This document shows, in pieces, positions 48,344 through 58,685 of a stretch of DNA of 64,000 bases (positions are counted from its first letter, which is position 1; each line of letters begins with the position of its first letter). The translations under genes were made by a program, and so were the position numbers. The DNA is from Spirochaetota bacterium (GTDB lineage: Bacteria; Spirochaetota; UBA12135; COTS27; CBDBHE01), in assembly GCA_965205605.1 (NCBI GenBank), contig CBDBHE010000007.1, positions 384,001 through 448,000 of the forward strand. The letters are read 5' to 3'. The notes under the pieces are model-generated. The model ran no database searches and was not told the DNA's origin. It saw only the letters and a program-made list of their open reading frames with translations.

Positions 48344-48366
48344 GGTGAAATCCTTCAAAAAATAAA

Positions 48367-51300
48367 TTAAGCACTTTTTTTTTCCTTAAATGCTAAAAGG
48401 ACTCTTTTATAATCTTTTGGGATTACTTTTAAAAATTGATGAGAAAGTGTTTGCCAATCTTTTAAAACCTTCTCTGCTTGAATACTATGGACTAATTGAT
48501 GATAAGTTTCAATTTCTTCTTTTAAATAATCAATATCTTCTTTAGAAAGAGGATCTAAATCAATCATTTCTAAATTAATATTTTGTTGATATTTTTTTTT
48601 CCCTTCAAAAATATAAGCAATGCCTCCACTCATACCAGCAGCAAAGTTTCTGCCAATAGCCCCTAAAATAATGACTCGCCCACCTGTCATATATTCACAT
48701 CCATGCTCTCCGATTGATTCGACGACAACCTTAGCTCCAGAATTTCTCACACAAAATCTCTCTCCGGCAAGTCCCCCTATATACGCTTTACCTGAAGTCG
48801 CTCCATAAAAAGCAACATTACCCATAATCACATTTTCATGAGCGATGAGTTTTGATTTTTTAGGGTGATACAAAATCAACTTTGCCCCACAAAGACCTTT
48901 TGCAAAATAATCATTCACATCTCCTTCAATCTCAAATGTTAGTCCTTTGGCACCAAAAGCAGCGAAGCTTTGTCCAACCGAACCTTTTATTTTAAGAGAA
49001 ATATGGTCTTCAGGTAGGCCTTTTTCTCCAAAACGCCTAGAAATTTCAGAAGATAAAATCGTCCCAAACGCCCTATTTTTATTGGTCATAGAAAGGTTTT
49101 CTCGATATGGTTTTTTTTCATCTAAATGGATTTTCATCCTAGAAAGGATTTGATAATCCAAAGAGTTTTTAAGAATATTCTCTTGTCCTCTACAACAAAA
49201 TTGCTGATTGATTTTTATACCTTCGCCCATATGATAAAGCAAGCGATTTAAATCGATCGTTTTGGCTTTAGAGTGGGTAATCTTGTCTTTCATTTTAAGC
49301 TTATCGGTCCTACCAATCATTTCATCAACGGTTTTAAAGCCAAGCTTAGCCATGATTTCTCTTACTTCCTTGGCAATAAAATGAAACAAATTAACAACGT
49401 GATCAGCTTGACCGGTAAAAAGTTTTCTAAGATCTTTATCTTGGGTAGCCACCCCCACCGGGCATGTGTTGAGATGGCACTTTCGCATCATAATACACCC
49501 CATAGCCACCAAAGCGGCTGTAGCCACCCCCCATTCTTCAGCTCCCAACAAAGCAGCTATCACCACATCACGACCCGTTTTAATTTGCCCATCTGTTTGG
49601 ACAACAATGCGATCTCGCAGTTTATTTCTCAGTAACACTTGGTGGGTCTCAGCGAGGCCTAGTTCCCAAGGAAGACCTGCATGCTTAATGGAAGTCAGTG
49701 GTGAAGCTCCCGTCCCTCCGTCATAACCTGCAATCACCACCAAGTCAGCATACGCTTTAGCCACCCCAGAAGCAATCGTACCAACACCGACTTCAGAAAC
49801 CAACTTGACACTCACTCGAGCTCTATCATTAGAATTTTTAAGATCAAAAATAAGCTGTGCTAAATCTTCAATGGAGTAAATATCATGGTGAGGGGGAGGA
49901 GAAATAAGACCAACTCCTGGAGTAGAACAACGGACTCTAGCTATCGTTGTGTCTACTTTATGACCTGGTAATTGGCCCCCTTCACCTGGTTTGGCCCCTT
50001 GAGCAATTTTAATTTGAATTTCTTTGGCATGAACTAAATAGTTAGAAGTGACCCCAAAACGACCTGAGGCCACTTGTTTAATCGCCGAGCATAAATCATC
50101 TCCATTGCCTTGAGGCTTAAAACGAATCGGATCTTCACCTCCTTCTCCAGTATTACTCTTACCCCCAATACGGTTCATCGCAATGGCAAGCGTCGTGTGA
50201 GCTTCCCAAGAAATCGAACCAAAAGACATCGCTCCTGTAGCAAAACGTTTGGTAATGGCTTCAATAGATTCTACGTCTTCAAGCGAAATAGGGTTTTGAT
50301 TTTTAAAATCCAAAAGACCTCTAATAGTTGTTGGAAAATCTTTTTGTTGATTAATAATATCTGCATATTCTTGATACACACTATAATCATTAAGCCTACA
50401 AGCATGCTGAAGCTTATGAATGGTCGTCGGATTAAAAAGATGCCTTTCTCCCCTATGCCTCCAAGCATACTGACCTCCTGGATCAAAATCATTGACTTCT
50501 GTTGTTTCTTCTTTTACAAATCCATAGGCTTCTTGGTGTTTTTTATACGCTTCTTCCTCTAAAAGTTCAAAGCCAATTCCCCCAATCCTAGAAACAGTCC
50601 CTGGAAAACATTCATTGATAAAGGCTTCATTTAAACCAACCGCTTCAAAAATTTGAGCCCCCCTGTATGAACGTAATGTCGAAATCCCCATCTTAGACAT
50701 AACTTTTAAGATTCCTTTTTCAACAGCTTTGATGTAATTTTTTATGAGAGCACTTGTCTGCATTTCTTTTTCAACAAGCCCCTCATTAATAAGCCCCTGC
50801 ACACTAGCAAAAACTAAATAAGGGTTAACCGCACTGGCTCCATACGCAAGTAAAAGCATAAAATGATGGATTTCTCTTACTTCTGCTGTTTGCAAAACAA
50901 TATCCGCAAAAGCTCGCCTCCCTAAGGGAATCAAATGATGATGCACCACCGAAGTCGCTAGCAAACAAGGAATGGGAATCTGGTTTTCATTTGGAAACTG
51001 ATCACTTAAAATCAAAAGACAGTAATCATCTTTTACAGCTTGCTGGGCTTGTTGTTTTAAATCTTCAATCGCTTTTTTAAGACCTGTTTTTTTATCAAAA
51101 AAAAGAGATAAAGTTTTAGATCGAAATTTTTTTTGAGTTAAAGTTTTTAATTTTAAAAAAGCATCATTACTTAAAACAGGGCTTTCAAGTTCTATTAAAA
51201 GATTAGTTTCAAGCTTATTAGATAAAATATTTCTTTTAGAGCCTAAAATCACCCCTAGATTCATAACTCGTTTTTCTCTAATAGAGTCAATCGGTGGATT

Positions 51301-52914
51301 AGTGACTTGAGCAAAAAGTTGATAAAAATAATTAAAAAGACTTTGAGGTTTTTCAGAAAAAACAGCCAGTGGTGTGTCCGCACCCATTGAACCAATTGGT
51401 TCTGCCGCCGAGTTCATCATCGGCGCTAAAATTATTTTAAAATCTTCCATGGTATACCCAAAACATTTTTGATACTTAAACAAAGACTCTAAATCTAAAA
51501 AAACCTTTTGAGAAGGCTCCGTGACTGTTTTTAAATGATTTGAAAAAGGAATTAAATTAGTTTCATTTGTAGCAAAATAATGTTCTAAAGAAGCCATTTT
51601 TTTTTTAATGGCATCGTTAAAAGAAACCACTCCTTTTTGTAAATCAATCGAAAAAATCCCTCCTGGTTTCAGCCTCCCTTTTAAAGCAATCTTTTCATCT
51701 TCGACTTCGATCACACCTGTTTCTGAAGACATAATAAAAAAATCATCCTTTGTTAAATAAAATCTTGATGGTCTTAGGCCATTTCGATCTAAACAAGCGG
51801 CTACAAAATCCCCATTGGAAAACACGACCGAAGCTGGCCCATCCCAAGGCTCAACAAGAGTGGCATGATAACGATAAAACGCTTTTAAACTAGGCTCCAT
51901 AAGCACATCATTTTCCCAAGCTTCGGGGATTAGCATCATCATCGCATGCTCAATACAATGCCCTGTTAAAACAAGTAGCTCAAACATCTGATCCAAAGTC
52001 GCCGAATCAGAAGTTTCTTCACTTAAAATAGGTTTAATAATTTCAAGATCTTCTTTAGAAAAAAACTCAGAAGTAAAAATCGCCTCTTTAGAACGACACC
52101 AATTAATATTACCTCTTAAAGTGTTAATTTCTCCATTATGTGCTAAAAAACGAAATGGTTGTGCCAGCGGCCAAGAAGGATGCGTATTTGTTGAAAATCG
52201 ACTATGCACTAAAGCTAAAGCCGATTTAAAAAGAGGATCTTTTAAATCAAAAAAATACTCTTCTAATTGATTGGTGGTTAACATTCCTTTATAAACAATC
52301 GTCCGACAAGAAAGACTAGGAACATGAAAAAAAAATTTTTCTTTTAAAGTAGACCTTCGTACTTGATGTTCAACGGATTTACGTAAAATATAAAGTTTTC
52401 GTTCAAAAGCAAGATCATCTTTTAAAGCAGGATTTCGAGCAATGAAAATTTGTTCCATTTTAGGCTCTTGTTTCAAAGCCCCCTCACCTAAATTAGCAGC
52501 ATTGACACGCATCTCTCTCCAGTCAATAATCGAAAGACCCCATCGCTTCGCTTCCTTTTGAAAAAGTTGCTTAATGATTTCTCGTTCTTTTTGATCTTTT
52601 GGAAGAAAAACAATGCCAGGAGCATAATCTCTTTCTTGAGGAAGAGCCATTTTTTTTTTTTCAAAAACTTTTAAAAAAAATTCGTGAGGGATCTGAACTA
52701 AAATTCCAGCTCCATCTCCCGAGTTTGCTTCAGCTCCTTTGGCACCTCTGTGATCAACACTTTTTAAAAGTTCAAAACCTTTTTCAATCACTTCATGAGA
52801 TTTTTCATTTTTTATATGACAATAAAAACCAACCCCACAAGCATCGTGTTCGTATTGAGAAAACCAAAGTCCCTCTGATTTTAAAACAACCTCTTTATTT
52901 TGTATCATTTTCAA
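48367..52914 (-). CDS. gltB: Glutamate synthase large subunit
   Basis: HDACGVGF (N-terminal Cys), HSRFSTNT, AHNGEINT, AQGAKPGEGGQLPG, CHLNTCPVGV, GCEYMTGG. Confidence 0.98.
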   Translation of the reverse strand: MKMIQNKEVVLKSEGLWFSQYEHDACGVGFYCHIKNEKSHEVIEKGFELLKSVDHRGAKGAEANSGDGAGILVQIPHEFFLKVFEKKKMALPQERDYAPGIVFLPKDQKEREIIKQLFQKEAKRWGLSIIDWREMRVNAANLGEGALKQEPKMEQIFIARNPALKDDLAFERKLYILRKSVEHQVRRSTLKEKFFFHVPSLSCRTIVYKGMLTTNQLEEYFFDLKDPLFKSALALVHSRFSTNTHPSWPLAQPFRFLAHNGEINTLRGNINWCRSKEAIFTSEFFSKEDLEIIKPILSEETSDSATLDQMFELLVLTGHCIEHAMMMLIPEAWENDVLMEPSLKAFYRYHATLVEPWDGPASVVFSNGDFVAACLDRNGLRPSRFYLTKDDFFIMSSETGVIEVEDEKIALKGRLKPGGIFSIDLQKGVVSFNDAIKKKMASLEHYFATNETNLIPFSNHLKTVTEPSQKVFLDLESLFKYQKCFGYTMEDFKIILAPMMNSAAEPIGSMGADTPLAVFSEKPQSLFNYFYQLFAQVTNPPIDSIREKRVMNLGVILGSKRNILSNKLETNLLIELESPVLSNDAFLKLKTLTQKKFRSKTLSLFFDKKTGLKKAIEDLKQQAQQAVKDDYCLLILSDQFPNENQIPIPCLLATSVVHHHLIPLGRRAFADIVLQTAEVREIHHFMLLLAYGASAVNPYLVFASVQGLINEGLVEKEMQTSALIKNYIKAVEKGILKVMSKMGISTLRSYRGAQIFEAVGLNEAFINECFPGTVSRIGGIGFELLEEEAYKKHQEAYGFVKEETTEVNDFDPGGQYAWRHRGERHLFNPTTIHKLQHACRLNDYSVYQEYADIINQQKDFPTTIRGLLDFKNQNPISLEDVESIEAITKRFATGAMSFGSISWEAHTTLAIAMNRIGGKSNTGEGGEDPIRFKPQGNGDDLCSAIKQVASGRFGVTSNYLVHAKEIQIKIAQGAKPGEGGQLPGHKVDTTIARVRCSTPGVGLISPPPHHDIYSIEDLAQLIFDLKNSNDRARVSVKLVSEVGVGTIASGVAKAYADLVVIAGYDGGTGASPLTSIKHAGLPWELGLAETHQVLLRNKLRDRIVVQTDGQIKTGRDVVIAALLGAEEWGVATAALVAMGCIMMRKCHLNTCPVGVATQDKDLRKLFTGQADHVVNLFHFIAKEVREIMAKLGFKTVDEMIGRTDKLKMKDKITHSKAKTIDLNRLLYHMGEGIKINQQFCCRGQENILKNSLDYQILSRMKIHLDEKKPYRENLSMTNKNRAFGTILSSEISRRFGEKGLPEDHISLKIKGSVGQSFAAFGAKGLTFEIEGDVNDYFAKGLCGAKLILYHPKKSKLIAHENVIMGNVAFYGATSGKAYIGGLAGERFCVRNSGAKVVVESIGEHGCEYMTGGRVIILGAIGRNFAAGMSGGIAYIFEGKKKYQQNINLEMIDLDPLSKEDIDYLKEEIETYHQLVHSIQAEKVLKDWQTLSHQFLKVIPKDYKRVLLAFKEKKSA

Positions 52915-52969
52915 GTAAAATATTTAAAATATCACCTATTTTTAAAGTGTATTATGTTAAGTAAAATTT

Positions 52970-53716
52970 TTAAATATTTAAAATACTCCTTGCCACAATT
53001 CCTGCTCCATACCCATTATCAATATTAACCACACAAACCCCATCCGCACAACTATTTAACATCGAAAGTAAAGAAGCTAGCCCCTGAAAATGAGCTCCAT
53101 ATCCCACACTCGTCGGCACCCCTATAACCGGACACCCCACTAATCCTCCCACCACACTTCCAAGTGATGCTTCCATTCCCGCTACGACAATGATCACCTT
53201 AGCTTCTTGTAAAACAGAGATGTTTTTTATCAGTCTCTGCAGTCCCCCAACCCCTACATCAAACAATCTCTTCACACCACACCCTAAAATCTCAGCTGTT
53301 AAAGCCGCCTCTTCAGCTACCTTCATATCACTTGCCCCCGCACTCATCACTAAAATCTCAAAATTTTCCTCTCCGATTCGTTTAAAAGGGGTGTAAATCA
53401 TTTTAGCTATTTTATGATATTCTAAAACAAAATTTTTTTTTATAAGTTTTTTATACACGTCCTCACTAGCACGTGTCACTAAAAGTGGCTGATTTAAGTC
53501 TAAAAAGCTTTTCACGATTTTTTTGATTTGCTCAAAACTCTTCCCTTCACCATAAACTGCTTCTGGATATCCCTTCCTAAAAATTCGATGCGAATCTAGC
53601 TTTACATCTCCCAAATCTTCATAAGGTAAGCCTTGAAAAAATTTGAAAGCTTTTGAAACAGAAAGCTTTTTTTCTCTAACTGCCCCCAAAAGATCCATGA
53701 GTTTTTTTCTATTCAT
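52970..53716 (-). CDS. larB: Nickel-pincer cofactor biosynthesis protein LarB / NCAIR-mutase (PurE)-related protein
   Basis: PEAVYGEGKS, VAEEA, DVGVGG, VAGME, PTSVGYGA, VVNIDNGYGA. Confidence 0.88.
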   Translation of the reverse strand: MNRKKLMDLLGAVREKKLSVSKAFKFFQGLPYEDLGDVKLDSHRIFRKGYPEAVYGEGKSFEQIKKIVKSFLDLNQPLLVTRASEDVYKKLIKKNFVLEYHKIAKMIYTPFKRIGEENFEILVMSAGASDMKVAEEAALTAEILGCGVKRLFDVGVGGLQRLIKNISVLQEAKVIIVVAGMEASLGSVVGGLVGCPVIGVPTSVGYGAHFQGLASLLSMLNSCADGVCVVNIDNGYGAGIVARSILNI

Positions 53717-53731
53717 ATAAAAAAAAAGCCA

Positions 53732-55123
53732 TTATTTAGCAAAAACAATCGCAAAAACCACTTCTTTCTCATGACTACTAAAAATAGACCCCACTAATGG
53801 TTTAGAGAGTAAGACGGATTCGAGCGATTTGAAAACTTGGTCTTTAAAGTAAAGCTCTCCTATGACAACGATTAAAAGACCATAAAACAAAAAATCTTGT
53901 AACAAATATTCACTCTCTTTTTTAAGAGTTACTCGAAGCGCTGTAAAATCATCAAAATCAGCAATCTGTTCTTCTAAAAAAGCTTCTTCTTTTCTCTTAA
54001 TTTTTAAAACAGATTGTTTAGGAAAAATCAATTTAACTTGCTTCATAGCTTTTTTAGTATCCCAATGATCTTGAGTCAGGACTTTTTGCCCAAAAGAAAG
54101 GATCGCTCTTTCATAAAAAGGAGTTTGAAACTCGATTGTTTGCACTCCGTGTTGAAGGGAGTGAGAAGTAAAAGGATCAATAGCCACAACATCTCCTACT
54201 TTAAGAGGTAGTTTGCCTGTAAAAGCATTCATCGCTTCTCGAAGAACTTCTTCTTTTTTCACAAGATCTTTAGGAAGCTGTTTTTGCCAGTTCAAAAGCT
54301 TTTGGGGAGCAACCGCTTCTTTTAAACCTATCTTTTCTTTTTGACGATATTCATCTAAAAGCTGATCAATTTCTCTCCTTACGCTCTCATACGCTTCAAC
54401 ACGATCTAAATAAGCTTTTTTAAAAGCATCCTCATTTTCTTGATACTGATTTAAAACAACCTTATCAAAACCATAGCGTAAAAATCCCACCCCACTTGGC
54501 CACGCTTCTTTAGAAAGATGAGTGACTAGATACACTTCTTTTTTTTTCTCATGCATTTCGTAATACAAGTCTCCATAACCTTCATGAGGGAATGGATCTA
54601 AAATTTTAAGTAAATTAATTTCCTTTTCTTTTCCTCCCACAAGTGTATGTGGGGCTATTGAAAGGACCCAAGGCAAAACTTGCTTTTCTTCTCTTTTGTC
54701 TATCACTAAAGAAAGTCCTCTTTTCTCCATCCCTGTGTACCAAACTTCTTTTCCCCAAGGTTTTGGGATGTCAATAGGAAAGAGTTTAATCGGTTCCGCA
54801 AAATCAATCAAAGGAGTTTTAAAAGTATCTGCTAAAGAAATAAAATAAAGAATGGCTTCTTCTTTAGAAAAAAAAGTTTTTACAAAACATTTTTCTTGAC
54901 GAGTCGTGACCATCGCCAAAATAGAAACAAAATTTTTTTTCTTAGTTAAAAGGTAATAAGCACTCAAAGCAACCATCCTTTGATTGTTTTCTGCAAGCCA
55001 CGTTTCTTTTAAATCATAATGACAAGCTAAAAATCCTAAAGAAGTGTCACTTTGTTTAAAATCTTTAGTAAACTCAAAAAGAGTTTCTTCAGGTACGTCA
55101 GTGGTTGTTTCTAAAACAAGCAT
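53732..55123 (-). CDS. Phosphomannose-isomerase type I-like cupin protein with N-terminal extension
   Basis: PKPWGKEVW, LLKILD, LYYEMH..KKE, HSLQHG, EFQT follow the ManA-type motif order. Confidence 0.55.
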   Translation of the reverse strand: MLVLETTTDVPEETLFEFTKDFKQSDTSLGFLACHYDLKETWLAENNQRMVALSAYYLLTKKKNFVSILAMVTTRQEKCFVKTFFSKEEAILYFISLADTFKTPLIDFAEPIKLFPIDIPKPWGKEVWYTGMEKRGLSLVIDKREEKQVLPWVLSIAPHTLVGGKEKEINLLKILDPFPHEGYGDLYYEMHEKKKEVYLVTHLSKEAWPSGVGFLRYGFDKVVLNQYQENEDAFKKAYLDRVEAYESVRREIDQLLDEYRQKEKIGLKEAVAPQKLLNWQKQLPKDLVKKEEVLREAMNAFTGKLPLKVGDVVAIDPFTSHSLQHGVQTIEFQTPFYERAILSFGQKVLTQDHWDTKKAMKQVKLIFPKQSVLKIKRKEEAFLEEQIADFDDFTALRVTLKKESEYLLQDFLFYGLLIVVIGELYFKDQVFKSLESVLLSKPLVGSIFSSHEKEVVFAIVFAK

Positions 55124-55210
55124 GTTATTTCCTTACTTAAAAACGATAGAATAAATCAAAATTTCACTCATTTAAGAGTTAAAAAAAATGGATTTATTAA
55201 ATTAAAATAT

Positions 55211-55284
55211 TCGGGCATGGCGGACTTGAACCGCCGACCTTCAGACCCCCAGCCTGACGCGCTAGCCAACTGCGCTAATGCCCG
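55211..55284 (-). tRNA. tRNA-Pro(GGG), CCA not encoded
   Basis: CGGGCATTAGCGCAGTTGGCTAGCGCGTCAGGCTGGGGGTCTGAAGGTCGGCGGTTCAAGTCCGCCATGCCCGA; full cloverleaf, anticodon GGG. Confidence 0.96.
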
Positions 55285-55451
55285 ATTTGAAAACAAAGCT
55301 TATTATAAAATAAGACTTTAAAATTTCGTAGTTTTTAAAAAAAAAGAAAACCACCCAATCAATAAAAAAAAAGCATCTCTCCTAAAATATTTTAATTCTT
55401 TTTAAGAGTATAATTTATAATAAACTTTCCTTATCGTTAAAAAATTAACCA

Positions 55452-56966
55452 ATGCAAGAAAAAATATTAATTTTTGATACCACCTTAAGAGATGGCGAAC
55501 AGTCTCCTGGAGGAAGTATGTCGATTGAACAAAAAGTAGATTTCGCCAAACAACTACAAACATTAAACGTCGACATTATCGAAGCTGGATTTCCTATTTC
55601 TTCTAAAGCTCAATTTGAAGCTTGTCAACTCATCACAAAAGAAGTCAAAAAACCCATCATCGCAGGTCTTGCCAGAGCCACTAAAGGTGATATTGATGCC
55701 GTTTACAAATCTTTAAAAAAAGCAAAAAAACCTCGTATTCATACGTTTATTGCCACTTCTCAAATCCATATGCAAAATAAGCTTAATAAAAAACCCAATG
55801 AAATTTTAAAGCTAGCCGTTGAGTCAGTAAAATATGCTAAAGAATTAATCAACGATGTTGAGTTTTCTGCTGAAGATGCCACTCGCTCTGATCTTTCTTT
55901 TTTAGTAGACATCGTAAGCGCCGTCATCCAAGCCGGTGCCACTACCATTAATCTTCCCGACACCGTCGGTTACACCACTCCAAAAGAGTACTACAATATG
56001 ATCAAACATCTTAAAGAACATTGCCAATTAAAAAATAATACCATTTTCTCTGTTCACTGTCACAATGATTTAGGACTCGCCGTCAGTAACACCATCGCCG
56101 CTATCCAAGCCGGTGCCAAACAAGCAGAGTTAGCCATTAACGGCATTGGAGAAAGAGCTGGTAATGCTAGTTTAGAAGAACTGGTTATGATTTTAAAAAC
56201 AAGAAATGATTTTTATCCTTTTAAAACCAATATTAAAATAAAAGAAATTTACAAAACAAGTAAACTCCTTTCTCAAATAACAGGGATCCCCGTCCAACCC
56301 AATAAAGCCATTGTCGGTTATAATGCTTTTTTACACGAAGCAGGGATTCACCAACATGGCATGATTAAAAATAAAAAAACTTATGAAATCATAAACCCAA
56401 ATTCCATTGGAAGAACCGACGATTATATCGTCCTTGGAAGACACTCTGGAAAACACGGCGTCAAAAAAGCCCTTAGTAAACTTAATCTTAAAATAAAGAA
56501 AACAGATTTTCAAAAGTTTTATCAACTCTTCTCAGAAATATCCGATAAAAAAAAACAACTCGATGAGGAAGATATCACCACGATTTATGAAGAAGCCACC
56601 AAATCAATTAGAGAGGGCTATAAACTCGATTATGTCAGTGCCACCTCTGGGATAGCACCTACTGCTAATGTTAAAATCACTTTTAAAAATAAAATCTATC
56701 AAGAAACTTCTTCTGGAAAAGGCCCTATTGATGCCGTTTACAATGCTATCGATAAAATGACTCAAACCAAAATGATTTTAAAAGAATATCAATTATCTGC
56801 TATTGGCTCTGGACACGATGCCATCGGAAATGTCAAAGTAATTTTGGCTAATCATAAAAAAGAAAATTTTAATGGAAATGGGTATTCAGTTGATATTATT
56901 GAAGCCTCTGCAAAAGCGTATTTAAATGCCATTAATCTGTATAAACGAGCAAAAGGAAAAAAATGA
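55452..56966 (+). CDS. leuA: 2-isopropylmalate synthase
   Basis: FDTTLRDGEQSPG, HCHNDLG, GIGERAGNA, HEAGIHQHG, C-terminal regulatory domain GPIDA. Confidence 0.95.
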   Translation: MQEKILIFDTTLRDGEQSPGGSMSIEQKVDFAKQLQTLNVDIIEAGFPISSKAQFEACQLITKEVKKPIIAGLARATKGDIDAVYKSLKKAKKPRIHTFIATSQIHMQNKLNKKPNEILKLAVESVKYAKELINDVEFSAEDATRSDLSFLVDIVSAVIQAGATTINLPDTVGYTTPKEYYNMIKHLKEHCQLKNNTIFSVHCHNDLGLAVSNTIAAIQAGAKQAELAINGIGERAGNASLEELVMILKTRNDFYPFKTNIKIKEIYKTSKLLSQITGIPVQPNKAIVGYNAFLHEAGIHQHGMIKNKKTYEIINPNSIGRTDDYIVLGRHSGKHGVKKALSKLNLKIKKTDFQKFYQLFSEISDKKKQLDEEDITTIYEEATKSIREGYKLDYVSATSGIAPTANVKITFKNKIYQETSSGKGPIDAVYNAIDKMTQTKMILKEYQLSAIGSGHDAIGNVKVILANHKKENFNGNGYSVDIIEASAKAYLNAINLYKRAKGKK

Positions 56967-56967
56967 A

Positions 56968-57435
56968 ATGAAAAAAAAAGAAAAAAAAAACTTAGAAATG
57001 ATTCAAAAAAATTTAAAAAATTATACTAATTTTTTTGAAAAAAAAAACTTAGCAGAACTGACTATCGAAGAAAAAGGAATTAAAACCACTTTAAAAATAA
57101 AAGGGTTTTTATCAAACAAAGCCTCTCCCTCTCCTATTCCCCCCCCTTCCTCCTCATTACCTCTTTCAAAGACCAGAGAAAAAAAAACCAATACTTCGAA
57201 TTACAAAAAAATTACAAGCCCTATTATAGGGACTTTTTACTCTTCCCCAACTCCTGAGAAGCCTCCTTTTGTTAAAGTGGGAGACAAGGTAACCCCTCAA
57301 ACAAAAATAGGAATTATTGAAGCCATGAAAAACATGAATGAAATTAAAGCCATGATGAGTGGGAAAATTGTTGAAATTTTAGTTGAAAATCAAACGCCTG
57401 TTCAAGCAGGAAGCGTTTTAATGCACCTTGAATAA
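56968..57435 (+). CDS. accB: Biotin carboxyl carrier protein
   Basis: SPIIGTFY..P.P, IIEAMKNMNEI biotinylation motif, Pro/Ser linker; start reset to ATG 56968. Confidence 0.92.
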   Translation: MKKKEKKNLEMIQKNLKNYTNFFEKKNLAELTIEEKGIKTTLKIKGFLSNKASPSPIPPPSSSLPLSKTREKKTNTSNYKKITSPIIGTFYSSPTPEKPPFVKVGDKVTPQTKIGIIEAMKNMNEIKAMMSGKIVEILVENQTPVQAGSVLMHLE

Positions 57436-58558
57436 ACTTGTTTTTCTTTTTTTCTTTTTTTCTTTCCTCGTTGTAAAAGCAAATTTTACCGGCTACCCTC
57501 TTTGGGTATCAGCAAGCCCAGAAATTAAAATAGAATTAAAAGAAAAACAAAGTTATGGACTTTTTTCTGAAGTCTCCATTTTGCTCCATTGCCCTTATGC
57601 CAATGATTATAAAATCTCAAATGATCCTACTTTTAAAAATGCTCTCTGGCGAAAAGTAAAACCCAAAATTACTTGGAAACTTAAAAAAGAATACATTACA
57701 ACTGTTTACGTTATTTTTAGAAGGCATAACAAAGAAAAAAATATTAAAGAAATCTCTCCTATTGTTCATTACACGCTGGACAGAAAAAATCTTGAAAAAA
57801 AAATTGATAAAAAGCCCAACGGATATATTAATTGGACTGATCTTTATATTTCCGTTAATGTAACCAATGTCCAAAAACAACAAGCAGGAGAAAGATACCT
57901 TTTTGCTTCTGCTCAAAAAAGAGCCGAAGAAACAATTAATAGTTATCTTTATGATATTTTAAAAGATATTGACACAAACTCTTTTTATACGATTAAAGAC
58001 TTCACATCTATTTACGAAAACATTCAAGAAAAAATTTTAAATTACTTAAACCAAGAAGTTAAAATTAATGAAATTTTCTATCCATCTAAAAATACGGTCG
58101 TTGTTTCGGGAAGTCTAAATCTTTACTCTTCTTTCTTTAAAAAAAATCATTTTATTTCTCTTTTAAAACCAAGATTAAATCAACAAAGCCTGATTAAAAA
58201 AAATTATTACGAAACCATTATTAATACCCTTGTTATTGATGTTAAAAAGATGAATTTTAAACCTTGTCTTTTTCCCGAAGTCATTTTAGAAAACGATCAA
58301 ATCATCATTCACCCAAGTTTTAACACAAACTCTAGCATTCCTTACGTGCGCTATATCAGAAGTTTAGAAAAACTCAATGAAAAATTAAAGTTTCAAAAAA
58401 AACAAAAAAATTCGTTTCTTATTATTAAGCCTCTTGCCCTAAAAATAAAAGAAAAAAGTAAAATTATTATCACTCAAAGACATAAAGAAATTCTTCTTGG
58501 AAACCAACAAACCATCGATCAAATCGCCAACGGAGGGTTTTTTATTTTAACTGATTAA
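57428..58558 (+). CDS. Exported hypothetical protein (Ig-like N-domain plus LPP20-like region)
   Basis: Signal peptide; ISND..F..A.W....ITW.L....TVYV.FR; GYINWT; LVIDVK....PCLFP. Confidence 0.55.
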   Translation: MNKLVFLFFFFSFLVVKANFTGYPLWVSASPEIKIELKEKQSYGLFSEVSILLHCPYANDYKISNDPTFKNALWRKVKPKITWKLKKEYITTVYVIFRRHNKEKNIKEISPIVHYTLDRKNLEKKIDKKPNGYINWTDLYISVNVTNVQKQQAGERYLFASAQKRAEETINSYLYDILKDIDTNSFYTIKDFTSIYENIQEKILNYLNQEVKINEIFYPSKNTVVVSGSLNLYSSFFKKNHFISLLKPRLNQQSLIKKNYYETIINTLVIDVKKMNFKPCLFPEVILENDQIIIHPSFNTNSSIPYVRYIRSLEKLNEKLKFQKKQKNSFLIIKPLALKIKEKSKIIITQRHKEILLGNQQTIDQIANGGFFILTD

Positions 58559-58586
58559 AAAAAAATGATGAACTAACAATGAATCT

Positions 58587-58628
58587 AAAAAAGAAGGCTC
58601 TAAAAGTCATCCTAGAACCTTCTTTTTT
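58587..58628. terminator. Bidirectional intrinsic terminator between convergent genes
   Basis: A6-GAAGGTTCTAGGA-TGAC-TTTTAGAGCCTTC-T6 on the minus strand; fully paired with G-U wobbles. Confidence 0.8.
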
Positions 58629-58685
58629 AAACTGTTCTATTTTTTTAAGTGATATATATGCTTCTTTTTTTTAGCAAGAAACCTT

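Noticed and set aside
52650-52661. T12 tract in gltB (and many other A/T homopolymers) as a phase-variation switch
   Set aside because: Frame is intact (EKKKM) and such tracts are ubiquitous in this AT-rich, Lys-rich genome
55124-55451. tRNA-Pro as an integration site for a genomic island
   Set aside because: No integrase and no duplicated tRNA 3' end seen in the window; flanking genes are metabolic
55285-55451. Leucine attenuator or T-box upstream of leuA
   Set aside because: No Leu-rich leader peptide, GC-rich hairpins or T-box motif visible
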